From Macrostomum lignano (taxonomy: Eukaryota), in assembly GCA_002269645.1 (NCBI GenBank), contig NIVC01001149.1:62001-126000 (forward strand): 64,000 nt of DNA, given 5' to 3'. This document shows, in pieces, positions 18,187 through 28,812 of the stretch. The notes under the pieces were generated by a model. That model was not told the origin of the DNA. It was given only the letters and a program-made list of their open reading frames with translations, and did no database searches. Both the position numbers and the translations under genes were made by a program. How positions within the stretch are numbered: position 1 is the first letter of the stretch; every line of letters begins with the position of its first letter.

Positions 18187-19620
18187 TATATGTAGCTTAA
18201 AGCCAACCACCAGGGCATGGGGAATAGTGGGTTTTAGGGTGGGGAGATGAGATTCTTCATGAAGATTGATTTTATCAACATAAACTTTAATAAAGGCATG
18301 GAGACCTATTAAAGATTGTGTTGATTTATTTCAATCCTAATAGAAGGAGGGGTTATAGCTTAAAACCAACCACCAGGGCATGGGGAATGGGGGGTTTCAG
18401 GATGGGAAGATTCTTCATGAGGATTGATTATATAAACACCATACTCCGGAAGGTGACTGGTATGCCGGAGATTTCCGGCGTACCAAATGAGTTTTCCGAA
18501 AAATTGGCGTACCACCATTGGCGTGCTACCAATTCGAAAAAGCATTTGGCATACCACCTTTGGCGTACCACCAAGCTAAAGTTGAATTGGCGTACCACTT
18601 TTAGCGTACCATTGGCACCACCAGGCAAAAAAATCATTGTCAGAGTAAAAACTTTTTGTAATTTTGCGTAAATTACAACATACAAGATATGACTACATCA
18701 CACAACAATGTATTTTACGTAAAAATTGCATATATTTTTTCCTGCATTGTATAACTTGATTAATCATTTTATAAATACATTAATAAAATAATTTAGCCTA
18801 GTATAATTGGTAAATAAATTTCTGAGCACTGATTATATCTGTTATTTTTTAATAATTGTTAAAGTTTGTCCGCCATATTTTTACCGTTTTCAAAGTCAAA
18901 ATGTTTATTATTTCTTTCATACTAACATTAACAGATAAACAGATTTTTAGTGCCGCAACGTTATACACTAAGGGACCCCCACGTCTTTCTTTTGGCATAC
19001 CACTGGCGTACCACTTGAGAATCCTCCTTTTTCCTTCCAGCGTACCACATTACACTATCCGGACTATGGTATAAACATAAACTTTAATAGAGGCATGGAG
19101 ACCTATTGAAGATTGTGTTGATTTATTCCAATCCTAATAAAGGGAACGGTTGTAGCTTAAAGCCAACCACCGGGGCATGGGGAATGGGGGGTTTTAGGGT
19201 GGGGAGATTCTTCATGAGGATTGATTTTATCAACATAAACTTCAATAGGGGCATGTAGACCTATTCAAGATTACGTTGATAAATTCCAGTCCTAATTAGC
19301 AGGGCTTTTGAACGTGTGCAACTTTTTACCATACGGTTTTTCCCGCCATTAAAACCGCATTGTAATGTACAATACATAACAACACGGTTTTCAATGCGGG
19401 ATTCAATTTTTTCAATTCAAGTTTTTGATGGTGCTGATTTCAAATTTGAGATCCATTTTTTGGTAGCTTTAACCCAATTATATGTAGCTTGAAACCAACC
19501 ACCGGGGCATAGGGAATAGGGGGTTTTAGGGTGGGGAGATTCTTCATGGGGATTGATTTTATCAACATAAACTTTAAAAGAGACATGGAGACCTACTCAA
19601 GAATGTGTTGATGAATTCCG
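18187..19620. repeat. ~160-bp repeat family (ttaaagccaaccaccagggcatggggaat...gattgattttatcaacataaactttaat), about 5 copies with interruptions
   Basis: Recurrent units near 18190, 18360, 19070, 19160 and 19490. Confidence 0.85.
18438..19070. mobile_element. 633-bp MITE-like insertion in the 160-bp repeat
   Basis: TIR ACCATA(C/G)TCCGGA (12/13 match); ATAAAC duplicated at 18432-18437 and 19071-19076; internal GGCGTACCA motifs near both ends; host repeat resumes exactly after it. Confidence 0.8.
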
Positions 19621-20382
19621 CCATATTACAACAAATAGCATATATGAAAAAGACTTGAATGAAACACTCACCTTCATTAAATGCATCTTCTATGTTGATC
19701 CTCAATTGACAAATTGGACAAACGGACACCGGGGTTCAATAAATAGCTTAGTGTATAGATAACTTATAGTCTTGTACGGTTACTGGCTGGGAGTTGACAG
19801 GTGCGAAATGCGAATGTTGGAAGGTAGCTTTGGCTAGGTGTAAGTGAAAGTGTGCAAGTGCAAAAAATCAAGCGGGTTGTGACGTGGCAGTTTTTAAAAA
19901 ATGAACAGTGACACCTAATGGCCCACGGCTAGCCATGAAATCCACTAGTCAAAAATTCTCGGCTTAGCCGGTGGATCCACCGTGGACCCACGCCCGGCTA
20001 GCCGTAATGGCCGTGGACTTGTGATTTTTTATTGCCCCGTGCGCTACTCCGTACTAGGTAGAGTAGAGCATAATGAATATGGCAAATTCAGTGTACTGTG
20101 TACAAAAATACCGATTGCTGAGGAAGGACTAAAGGCATGAGCAAAAATGGTGAATAATTGTATTCCGCTTGGCTAATTATGAAATAAAGCATAAACCGTA
20201 ATAAAAAGTACTTTGTATTTCTAATACAATACAATAAATTTAATAAAATTTATATTGTTATTGATTCTTGTATTGTAATAAAAAATTAATAACAATGTTA
20301 ATCATTGGTCGATACACTTTTTAGACACACTAGCAAATTTTAAATATAAAATATCGAGAAAAATTTCAAGAAAAAATTATTC

Positions 20383-20452
20383 CTTAAAATGGACTCGAAC
20401 CAGAGACCTACCAAAAGCAAAGTAGGCGCCCTAACCACTAGGCCTAGAGACA
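20383..20452 (-). other. tRNA-derived sequence (pseudo-tRNA or SINE head)
   Basis: Minus strand ggcctagtggttagggcgcctact...ggtaggtctctggttcgagtcca has A box, anticodon-like stem and B box; acceptor stem does not pair. Confidence 0.5.
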
Positions 20453-22093
20453 CTTCCTAATCATACGTCAAATGCGCTATTATAAACCTATGAGAAACCT
20501 ATAGTAAGGCGTAAGCAGGCTAAAATTGGGATTGGGACATATTATTGGGACTGCCAGAGCACAAAAAAGCGCAAAGTACAATAACATAATTTCTTTCTAG
20601 ACCTAAAAAGGGAATCTTGTTCTCTAATTATTTCTAATTAAGTTATTCTTTGCTCCAACAAATGATGCTACATTTATGCATTTAATAATGCAATAGAATA
20701 TTGCTATTAAATAGAGAAACTTTAACTTAAAAAGCATAGGTCGCCTAATGTCATACATAAGCATAACCTCTATAAAATTATTTTCCGATTTGAAGTCTGG
20801 TTACGCAATCCAGTTACAACAAAGCAAAATGTAATTTTTAGACTTCAAATTTCAGAAGTCTGTAAAAGTAGCTCAAGACAAAATTTAAGCTTTTAGTAAT
20901 GCAAAATATCCTCATTTTCTGGTTAGGGTAAAAAGTTTGAATAGAAAACTTAAAGTTTTTCGCTGTGCAAAGTAGCTCGATCGTTCAATCTTGTTTGTTC
21001 GCTTCGCTCATACTATTCATACATTCTTTTATCGTAACTAGCTATAATTATTTGCTAAGCAGATTAACTTAAATTGCAAATTTGTATTACAAACAATTCA
21101 AAGCACTCATTCGCACTATTACTAGAAAAAAACTTTCTTTGAATTCACTATTCATCTTTTGTGCCTGTGATTGTTAACTACTAACTAGGCCTACTACTAT
21201 CCTACTACTAAGCTTAATTCTAAGTAAAATAAGCAGGTAAGGACGAGCCTGTACAATATGTGGCAGGGGTACTATCACTATATGACAGATTGACAGGGTC
21301 AGTATCACAAAAATTACTCTAAATAATTTTAGCAGTTCTTATTGTTCCAGTGACCATAGGCCTATAAATAACAAAATGGTTATTTTTATGGTTAACACAT
21401 AAAACCATATGTTTTATGTGTGGTTTTAAAATTTGTTTTAGGCTGCTGCTGCTGCTGTTGCTTCTTATGCTGCTGCTGTTGCCTTTGTTGCGGCTGTTGC
21501 GGCTGCTGCTTTTTTTTCTTCTGATTTTTCAGGTCGACAGAATTTTTGCGCTTAGGCATCTGAAATACATGATATATAGGGTACTGTAGAGGATATTATA
21601 AGTACCGCTTAATTTTAAGAAAAGGTTATGTGGCGCTAGTGATGAAACACAGCAGAAAAATACCTAGCCTATTCACAAGTATTATTCAATTACACGAATC
21701 CTTATCATGTTTTCTATGGGAGGGAAGGGCTCAGGAGATTGAGTGAATGCTTGCTATTGAAGAAAGCCCGATTTCAGGGGTGCTTGCTATTGGGAGGAGG
21801 CGCAGTGAATGCTTACTATCAGGAGACGATTCCAATTATTGCTTCCTTATTGCATCTTTAAATTAAATTTAAGCATTCTGAGGGGCAAATTTAGTGATGG
21901 TTCCAAGATTGTTAAGCTGACCTGCATTTTCAGTTCATAAATACGCACAGATACTAGTTTGCGAAAGAAAAGAGAAAGAAAATTAACACGGGCAACGAGA
22001 CGTTGATCAATATCGGCTAATATTGTTATATCAATCACTTCATGATATATTTCAATTCATTATGTCATAATTTTTAAAGTTCTGTATCTCTGC

Positions 22094-22367
22094 TGTCATA
22101 ATATAACGCAAAAGCGAGGCAGAAACGGAATAAAAAAGGGAAAAAAGTACGAAGGACTACGGACGAGCAGTACGAAAGATTGGGGGGGGGGCATGGTGAG
22201 CAAGAGCAATAGACGGCAAGATGCGTAGAACAATGAAGGGTAAAACAGATTGACAGAAATTACGTAGGGTTCGTGACGTCTTGGCCAGTGCACAATAGAA
22301 TGCACTGTTCACTTTCACGCCGGCGATGAGGCGCGTCACGTTCGTGAAAGAAAAGTTAATGTAAACA
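22094..22367. mobile_element. Possible solo LTR-like segment abutting the truncated gag
   Basis: TGT...ACA ends and an AATAAA; no similarity to the downstream 3' LTR; no TSD or PBS found. Confidence 0.3.
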
Positions 22368-25300
22368 ATGAGGACATAGCCACTTACAGCAGGAGGCTGA
22401 AGCAGCTGTCCGAAGCTTGCAAATTTACCGATTCGGCAGACCGGCTCAGAGATCAGTTTATCTTTGGACTCCAGAGTAAAGAGATTCTGCGGAAGCTACT
22501 GTCTGAGAAAATCGAAGACCTGACGTGGGACAAGGTAACGGCGGTAGCTGCGGCTTGCGAAGCGGTCCAGCGTGGGGAGAAAGACATGACCGGCTTGAAT
22601 GTACTGCAGATGCGTCAGACAAGTGGTCGACCGCAAAAAGGCAGCGAAGCCGGAAGGAAACGTTCACAAAAACCCACGAGTGAGGACAAGAACGCCAAGC
22701 AGGTCACTTGCTACTGCTGTGGGAAACCTGGTCATCTAAAGAGTGAATGCCGATTCAAATTCTTGAAGTGTGATAGCTGCGGAAAATTGGGTCACCTGAG
22801 ATCTGTCTGCAGAGCTTCGAAGACAAAGGCCGAAAGACACCGAGAGTCTTCAAGGGTTCGACTAGTGCTGCAATCACCATCAATGGAGAAGTGTGAAGAG
22901 GATCAATGCGACAAGATATTCTCCATGACAACCAGCAAGCAGAGAATTTTGCGCACAGTGAGTATTAACGGCACAAGTGTTGAAATGGTGTTTGATACGG
23001 GTGCGGATGCCTCATTGGTAACCAAACACTCATTCGAACAACTGTCACAGAGGACAGATGTTATGCCAGCCGACAGAACATTTAAGGACTATCAGGGCTG
23101 TGCAGTCCCGCTGTTTGGTAAGTCGATCGTCACAGTGCAGTTCAACGGCATCACAACACAGCTTCCTATCTTCATCGTGGATCGGCCAGGAGCTCCGAAC
23201 ATCTATGGGCTTGAGTGGATGCACGCCCTTGAGCCGCACCTGAATATTTACCAGGTAACGCATTTCGAAGCACATCTAGTTTTAAAGGACGAAGCCAGAC
23301 CCGTGTTTCTCAAGCCAAGACCTATACCATACGGCATTCGAGAGAGTGTGAAACAGGAACTGGACCGCCTGGAAAGTGAAGGAATTCTGAAGAAGATTGA
23401 TCAGAGCGAATGGGCAACGCCGATTGTGATTGTGAGAAAGCAGAGTGGAAAAATACGCATATGCGGCGACTACAAGGTGACTGTCAACAAATCCCTATGC
23501 GATATGGTCTCAACCACCCCATGCATTGAAGATGTGTTGAGCCAGTTGGGTGGAGCCAAGATCTTCTCTGTTCTCGATCTGACGAACGCTTACCTACAGT
23601 TACCAGTTGACGATGCGTCTGGAAGCATCCTAACTCTGAGCACCCCTTTCGGGTTATATCAGCCCAAAGCCCTTGCTTATGGTGTCAAACAGGCACCGGC
23701 AATTTTTCAGGGATATATGGACAAGCTATTAGCTTCGGAGAAAAATGTGGTTAGCTACCAGGACGACATCCTCATATATGGAAAAACGGAACAGGAACAC
23801 GACAACCAGATTAACGTTGTTACACGCATCCTACAGGAAAACAATGTCGTGGTTAACTATCAGAAAAGTGCACTCAAGCGCAGTAGAGTAAAGTTTCTGG
23901 GACTCGACATTGGCAGCGAAGGAATCTGTCCAGCAGAAGACAAGATGGAAGCCATACGGAGTTTAGCAGATCCAAGGTCTGTCAAGGAGCTTAGATCATT
24001 CCTGGGCCTGGTAGAGTTTTACTCCAGATTTATAAAAAATCTATCTACCATCAAAGAGCCTCTAGCGAAGCTCGTTCGACAGGATGAAGTGTGGCAATGG
24101 GGACCCATGGAACAGTCTGCGTTCCAGCTAATCAAGACTAGCATCTGTGAGTCGAAGGTCATTAAACCGTTTGATCCATCCGACTCAATTACAAGACTCA
24201 CAACGGACGCCTCTCCTTACGGTCTTGGAGCAGTGCTTGAACAATCCAAAGGACCGGTCATGTTTATATCGAAGACACTCAGTAAGCCGGAGCGTAACTA
24301 TGCACAAATTGAGCGCGAGGCGCTGGGAATCATCTGGGCTGTTAAGCGTCTCCATAAATACTTGTATGCTCGAAAGTTTGTACTAGTGACGGATCATCAT
24401 CCACTGAAGTATATATTTGATCCAGCAAAGAGCCTCAACAGCCTGGCTAGTGCTAGAATTCAGCGATGGGCGATCTCACTGGCATCGTATGACTATACCG
24501 TGGAATGCCGTCGATCTGAGGAGATTCCAGTAGCCGATGCGCTTTCAAGATTGACATCTACGAGCGCCGATAATGAGCAATTTGACGTCAGTACAGTTCA
24601 GGACACCGTACTCAACATGCCGGTGGATAAAAAAGAAATTCGCAGACAGTCGCTACGGGATCCAACAATGCGTAAGCTGTTTGCCCAAGTAAAACATGGA
24701 TGGACGGTAAGGGGAAAGAATCAGTTGCCAGAATTTTCCCGGCTACAAAGCGAGTTCTCTATTGAAGATGGAATCTTGTATCGGGGAATCAGAACTATTA
24801 TCCCCACTGTACTTCGTGATCAAGTGCTACGAACGCTTCATGATGGGCATTTAGGAGCGGAGAAAATGAAATCTATTGCCCGACAGTGCGTATGGTGGCC
24901 ATCAGTGGATGCGGACATTCAGCTGCGGGCAAAGGCATGCAAGGACTGCCAGCAGCAAAAAGATCATGCGAAGAGCGAATGGATTCCATGGCCACAGGAA
25001 ACCGAGAAGTGGAGCCGAGTCCATATAGACTATGCTGGTCCATTTAATAATGGAAAATATTGCCTCATAATGATTGACGCCTATAGTAAATGGGCTGAGG
25101 TCCATCTGATGAGTTTCACTACAACGGAAGAAACTATTCTGCGTCTTCGCCGCACATTCGCACAGGAAGGTGTGCCACTTACACTAGTGTCCGATAACGG
25201 ACCACAATTTACGTCCCAGCATATGGAAAACTGGCTACAGTCAATCGGGTGTAAGCACATTCTAACACCACCATATCATCCGCGATCGAATGGACAAGCG

Positions 25301-25882
25301 GAGAGATTCGTCCGTGATCTAAAAAACCACCTCAGAGCAGCACAGCAGGAAAGCTGCATGCAGGCCAACATAGATCGATTCTTGCTGCAGTATCGGAATG
25401 CAAAGCACGCTGCCACAGGGAAATCTCCAGCTGAAATGATGCGTGGTCATTTATTGCGTGGCCCGATCACCCAACTGTCAAAGCAACCGGTGTGGGTCAA
25501 GGTCTACAATGATCACCAACGCAAATGGGCACCTGGAGTCGTCATCAACTCTGAAGGCAAGGCTATTGTTAATGTTGAAGGTGAAGATGGAAACATCTCG
25601 AGAAGGCACCTGGAGCAGATAAAACCAAGAGTTACCGACGCTAAAGAGGCCGAGGAAGATACAAGTCATAGCGATTCTGGTTCAGAAGCAACATTTCAGA
25701 GTAAAATGAGTCCGGACTCATTGCCAACAGATCAAGCGCGCCCAGAAGACGCTGATAAACGCTATCCTACTCGTAATCGAAGGCCGCCTGATAGACTGCA
25801 GTACAAAAAAACTCGGGACACCAACCAAACAGAGCTTAACGTGAATCCAAGCGTAGTTTGCAATGGAAAGCTACTCTTGTGA
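22368..25882 (+). CDS. Single-frame gag-pol polyprotein (2 CCHC knuckles, protease, RT, RNase H, integrase); 5' partial
   Basis: Frame is open upstream of the 22586 Met (EDIATYSRRLKQLSEACKF...LRDQFIFG). CYCCGKPGHLKSEC, CDSCGKLGHLRSVC, FDTGA, YQDD, TDASPYGLGAVL, HDGHLG...C..C, IDYAGP, SDNGPQF, SNGQAER. Confidence 0.95.
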
Positions 25883-26175
25883 ACTGATTGTGTACCTGTT
25901 GTTTTTATTTTATTATTTGAAAGCGTGTCTCCACCTCATTATGAAACCATGAGGTGCATTCTTTTAGAGTATTTTTTATCTCGCATGGGAGGAGTGTTAG
26001 TATCGGCTTGTGTGTGCGTCGGTATGCTGTCTTTGGCCAAACCCATAGAGTTGTAATGAGCAAAGGCAGCGCTAAAGAATAAATAAAAAAGAATGAAAGA
26101 AGGCAAAGTAAGCCGCGAGAGCATGCAGCTTGATTGTCAAGTGAAAGTGATTCAATAATCGACTCCGAGCTAACA
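22368..26175 (+). mobile_element. Ty3/Gypsy (Mag-like) LTR retrotransposon lacking 5' LTR and gag N-terminus
   Basis: gag-pol frame, PPT GGGAGGAG at 25987-25994, 3' LTR 25995-26175 with TGTTAG...CTAACA ends. Confidence 0.92.
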
Positions 26176-26478
26176 AAAGCAATTCTGCACATTGACAATC
26201 CAGTTAATAATTCCATAAATACATTTCACGCATATGGATTGGTCAAAGCAATTCTGCACATTGACGATCCAGTTAATAACTCCATAAATACATTTCACGC
26301 ATATGGATTGGTCAAAGCAATTCTGCACATTGACGATCCAGTTAATAACTCCATAAATACATTTCACGCATATGGATTGGTCAAAGCAATTCTGCACATT
26401 GACGATCCAGTTAATAACTCCATAAATACATTTCACGCATATGGATTGGTCAAAGCAATTCTGCACATTGACGACCCA
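26176..26478. repeat. 69-bp tandem repeat, about 4.3 copies
   Basis: aaagcaattctgcacattgacgatccagttaataactccataaatacatttcacgcatatggattggtc units. Confidence 0.95.
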
Positions 26479-26631
26479 AAATATGAATAATGTCTTCTTT
26501 ACAGTAGTTCTGCTCCGTGGCCCGTGGGCCTCAGTATAAAGTGTGTTAACCCCACCTCTTTTCCACCTCTTCCGCGTGCCAGGGGATGATGATTCCGAGT
26601 TACTACTAGGTTAGCCTAGTCTAGACTGACT

Positions 26632-27390
26632 CTAGTTTTTTAGCCATGGGAACTGTTTTAACACCTCTGGGCGTCTCTCGCCGTAATCATAGAGGAGTTC
26701 CTCGCCTGCCTTGATGTCTCGAGTGGCCAGAAAGGCTAGGTGGGGCTTGTCGCCTAGACCAACCACAGTCGGCTTTAAATTTGCTTTCAGCCGACTATGA
26801 TTGATGTAGCGACCGACATACCCACTTGCATCGGTAGCATCGATGCCAAAGGCTCGGTCTCGCCAAGAGAAAAAGAAAAGAAATGAGCTAGACCTCCCTT
26901 GATCTTGAAGTTGCTGCTCCCAGTCGAGGCGGGCCTTCTGCCCCTGGATCAGGTTTCCGCCGTAGCAGCAGACAGTTTTGCCTTTTGCAAGGTCGATACG
27001 AGCGAAAGCGCCCAGACCCTCAGCATCTACGCCACCGGCATGAACCACAACATTACCGGTCTGTATCATTGTCTGGTGGTACATGTCGGCCATTGAGATC
27101 TGCCTCAGGGACGCGATCTCGGACGTCAGGGGCCGGTCTGCACTCCGTAAGCTAGCTCGGCCATGGGGCGTCATATGTGGGACCGGTATGCCGACCCCTT
27201 CCGGCGTAACATTAACGTCCGGAACAACTATTTCGCAATTAGCCATCTCCATCGCAGGCGCAGACACTATAGGAGAGGCGGCAGCGTGGCCAGAAGACTG
27301 CGCCGGTGACCTTCTAGAGACGTCAACCGGCGTACTGGTTGCAGGCGCATCTTCTTCGGCTTGCCGCTGGAGCCAAACGCTATAGGGAAT
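26632..27390 (-). CDS. Terminal exon encoding a PR-Set7/SETD8-like SET-domain lysine methyltransferase
   Basis: Acceptor ttaattgtcAG|ATT at 27391/27390; GLGAFA, CCYGGNLI, IDAT, GRYINHS, RDIKAGEELLYDYGER...FPWLK; upstream exons not identified. Confidence 0.85.
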   Translation of the reverse strand: MPYSVWLQRQAEEDAPATSTPVDVSRRSPAQSSGHAAASPIVSAPAMEMANCEIVVPDVNVTPEGVGIPVPHMTPHGRASLRSADRPLTSEIASLRQISMADMYHQTMIQTGNVVVHAGGVDAEGLGAFARIDLAKGKTVCCYGGNLIQGQKARLDWEQQLQDQGRSSSFLFFFSWRDRAFGIDATDASGYVGRYINHSRLKANLKPTVVGLGDKPHLAFLATRDIKAGEELLYDYGERRPEVLKQFPWLKN

Positions 27391-27480
27391 CTGACAATTA
27401 ATAAAAAATAAAAAAAGAAAATTTTGTAATGCGTTTGTATTACTCAAACATGCAGATTTAAAAATGCGTACAAGTATTTA

Positions 27481-27855
27481 CGAAGGGTGATCAAAAAGTT
27501 CTGCAACCTCTTGTCATAACTTTTAACTATGGAGTCGACAAAAGCCAAAAACTTATGCATATGTGGCTATATCTGTTTGCTATATTCATATGCATTTTTG
27601 GCTTCCTAATGTGTCCCAGTCAAATGTCACAGCCATATATTTTCCATGTGTTTTCAGTAGCTGATGGATCCATCAAAAGACAGTGTTTGCTTCTATATCT
27701 TTATGCGCATTCAACTTGGCTGCAGAGCGACTGAGATTCATACCGATCTGGTGAATGCTTTAGCTGAATCTGCTCCATCATTTGACATGGTTGCCCGCTG
27801 GCTGCGCCATTTCTTGAAAGGTCGGGACAGCTTCAACAATGATCCGAGATCTGAC
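27481..27855 (+). mobile_element. 5' fragment of a mariner transposon (TIR + N-terminal HTH)
   Basis: TA|CGAAGGGTGATCAAAAAGTT terminus; ORF 27664 IQLGCRATEIHTDL...APSFDMVARW...F.KGRDS..DPRS, truncated before the catalytic domain. Confidence 0.8.
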
Positions 27856-28208
27856 TTTGAAGACTTTGACTTTGAAGTTTGAAGATAGTATACAACCTCA
27901 TGTTCATTGATACAGAGAGAATTAGTGAGTCAGTAAGAGAGCAGGTTCTCACTTACAACTCTACTATCTTTTACTATTATGAATACCCTATTGTTGCACA
28001 GTTTGGGGCACTCGGCTGCCTGTTGCGTTTTTTTGAAAGAAAATATTCTGCTTGTCTCTACATTTTTAAAAGGCAGAAAATACCGAGATTTCTGCGCGGC
28101 CTATTGTTACTCAGTGGGATGTGTCGCACGATAAGTCAGTGTGAGTTGCGATGAGTGTAGCTGTGCCACTCTTTTAAGCATATTCAATATTGGGTGTGCG
28201 ATTTTTGT

Positions 28209-28812
28209 ATTTTGTTATAGCTGACTGAATATCTAAAGCATTTCCTAGAAATAATGGTTTACTGAAGGCCATTTTATATGTATAAAATTTATTATCGTTA
28301 AATTGGATGACACTTTCATATTGTATATACCTGAAATTGCATTGAATTGACCCGTGAATCTAACTTTTCTCATGGTTTTAGAGCTGAAATCGTAAAAATT
28401 GCACCTTTTCAGAAATTTTAAAAAAAATCACAAAAAATCGCTGTTTTCAGACCATTTTCACCTGTTTTTAGTCATTTTACTTATTTTTAGTAATTTTCAA
28501 AATGAGTAAAGGCATGAGGGCGAGGACACCCTCCTTTTTAAAAAGTATAAAAATTCTGAAAAAATCTGTTTTGCAAAATATTCCACAGGCCAATGCCCCC
28601 ACATGCCCTCACCCTCAACACCCTCACACAAGATATTTATATATCTTTATATTTATATAATTATATTTATATACTCATCACACACCCACTGGCAACTATG
28701 ACCTGGTGGTAGTAGTAGTATGATATAAGGGGCTGAGTCATCCAGCGAGCTGGCGCGAAATGCGCCCGAGCATTAAGTGTGGCGCAGCCTCTTATATCAT
28801 ACTACTACTTAC
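28209..28812. repeat. ~600-bp dispersed repeat ending in a long hairpin (copy 1)
   Basis: Aligns by eye with 49696-50255 (ttttgttatagctgactgaatatctaaag; gctgttttcagaccattttcacctgtttttagt; terminal fold-back). Confidence 0.85.

Noticed and set aside
21400-21560. Short basic/poly-Q ORF on the minus strand (MPKRK...QQQ)
   Set aside because: About 55 codons dominated by a CAG/CAA repeat; no supporting homology or further exons.
26632-27882. SETMAR-like SET-mariner fusion
   Set aside because: SET exon and mariner fragment are on opposite strands and divergent; the mariner lacks its catalytic domain.
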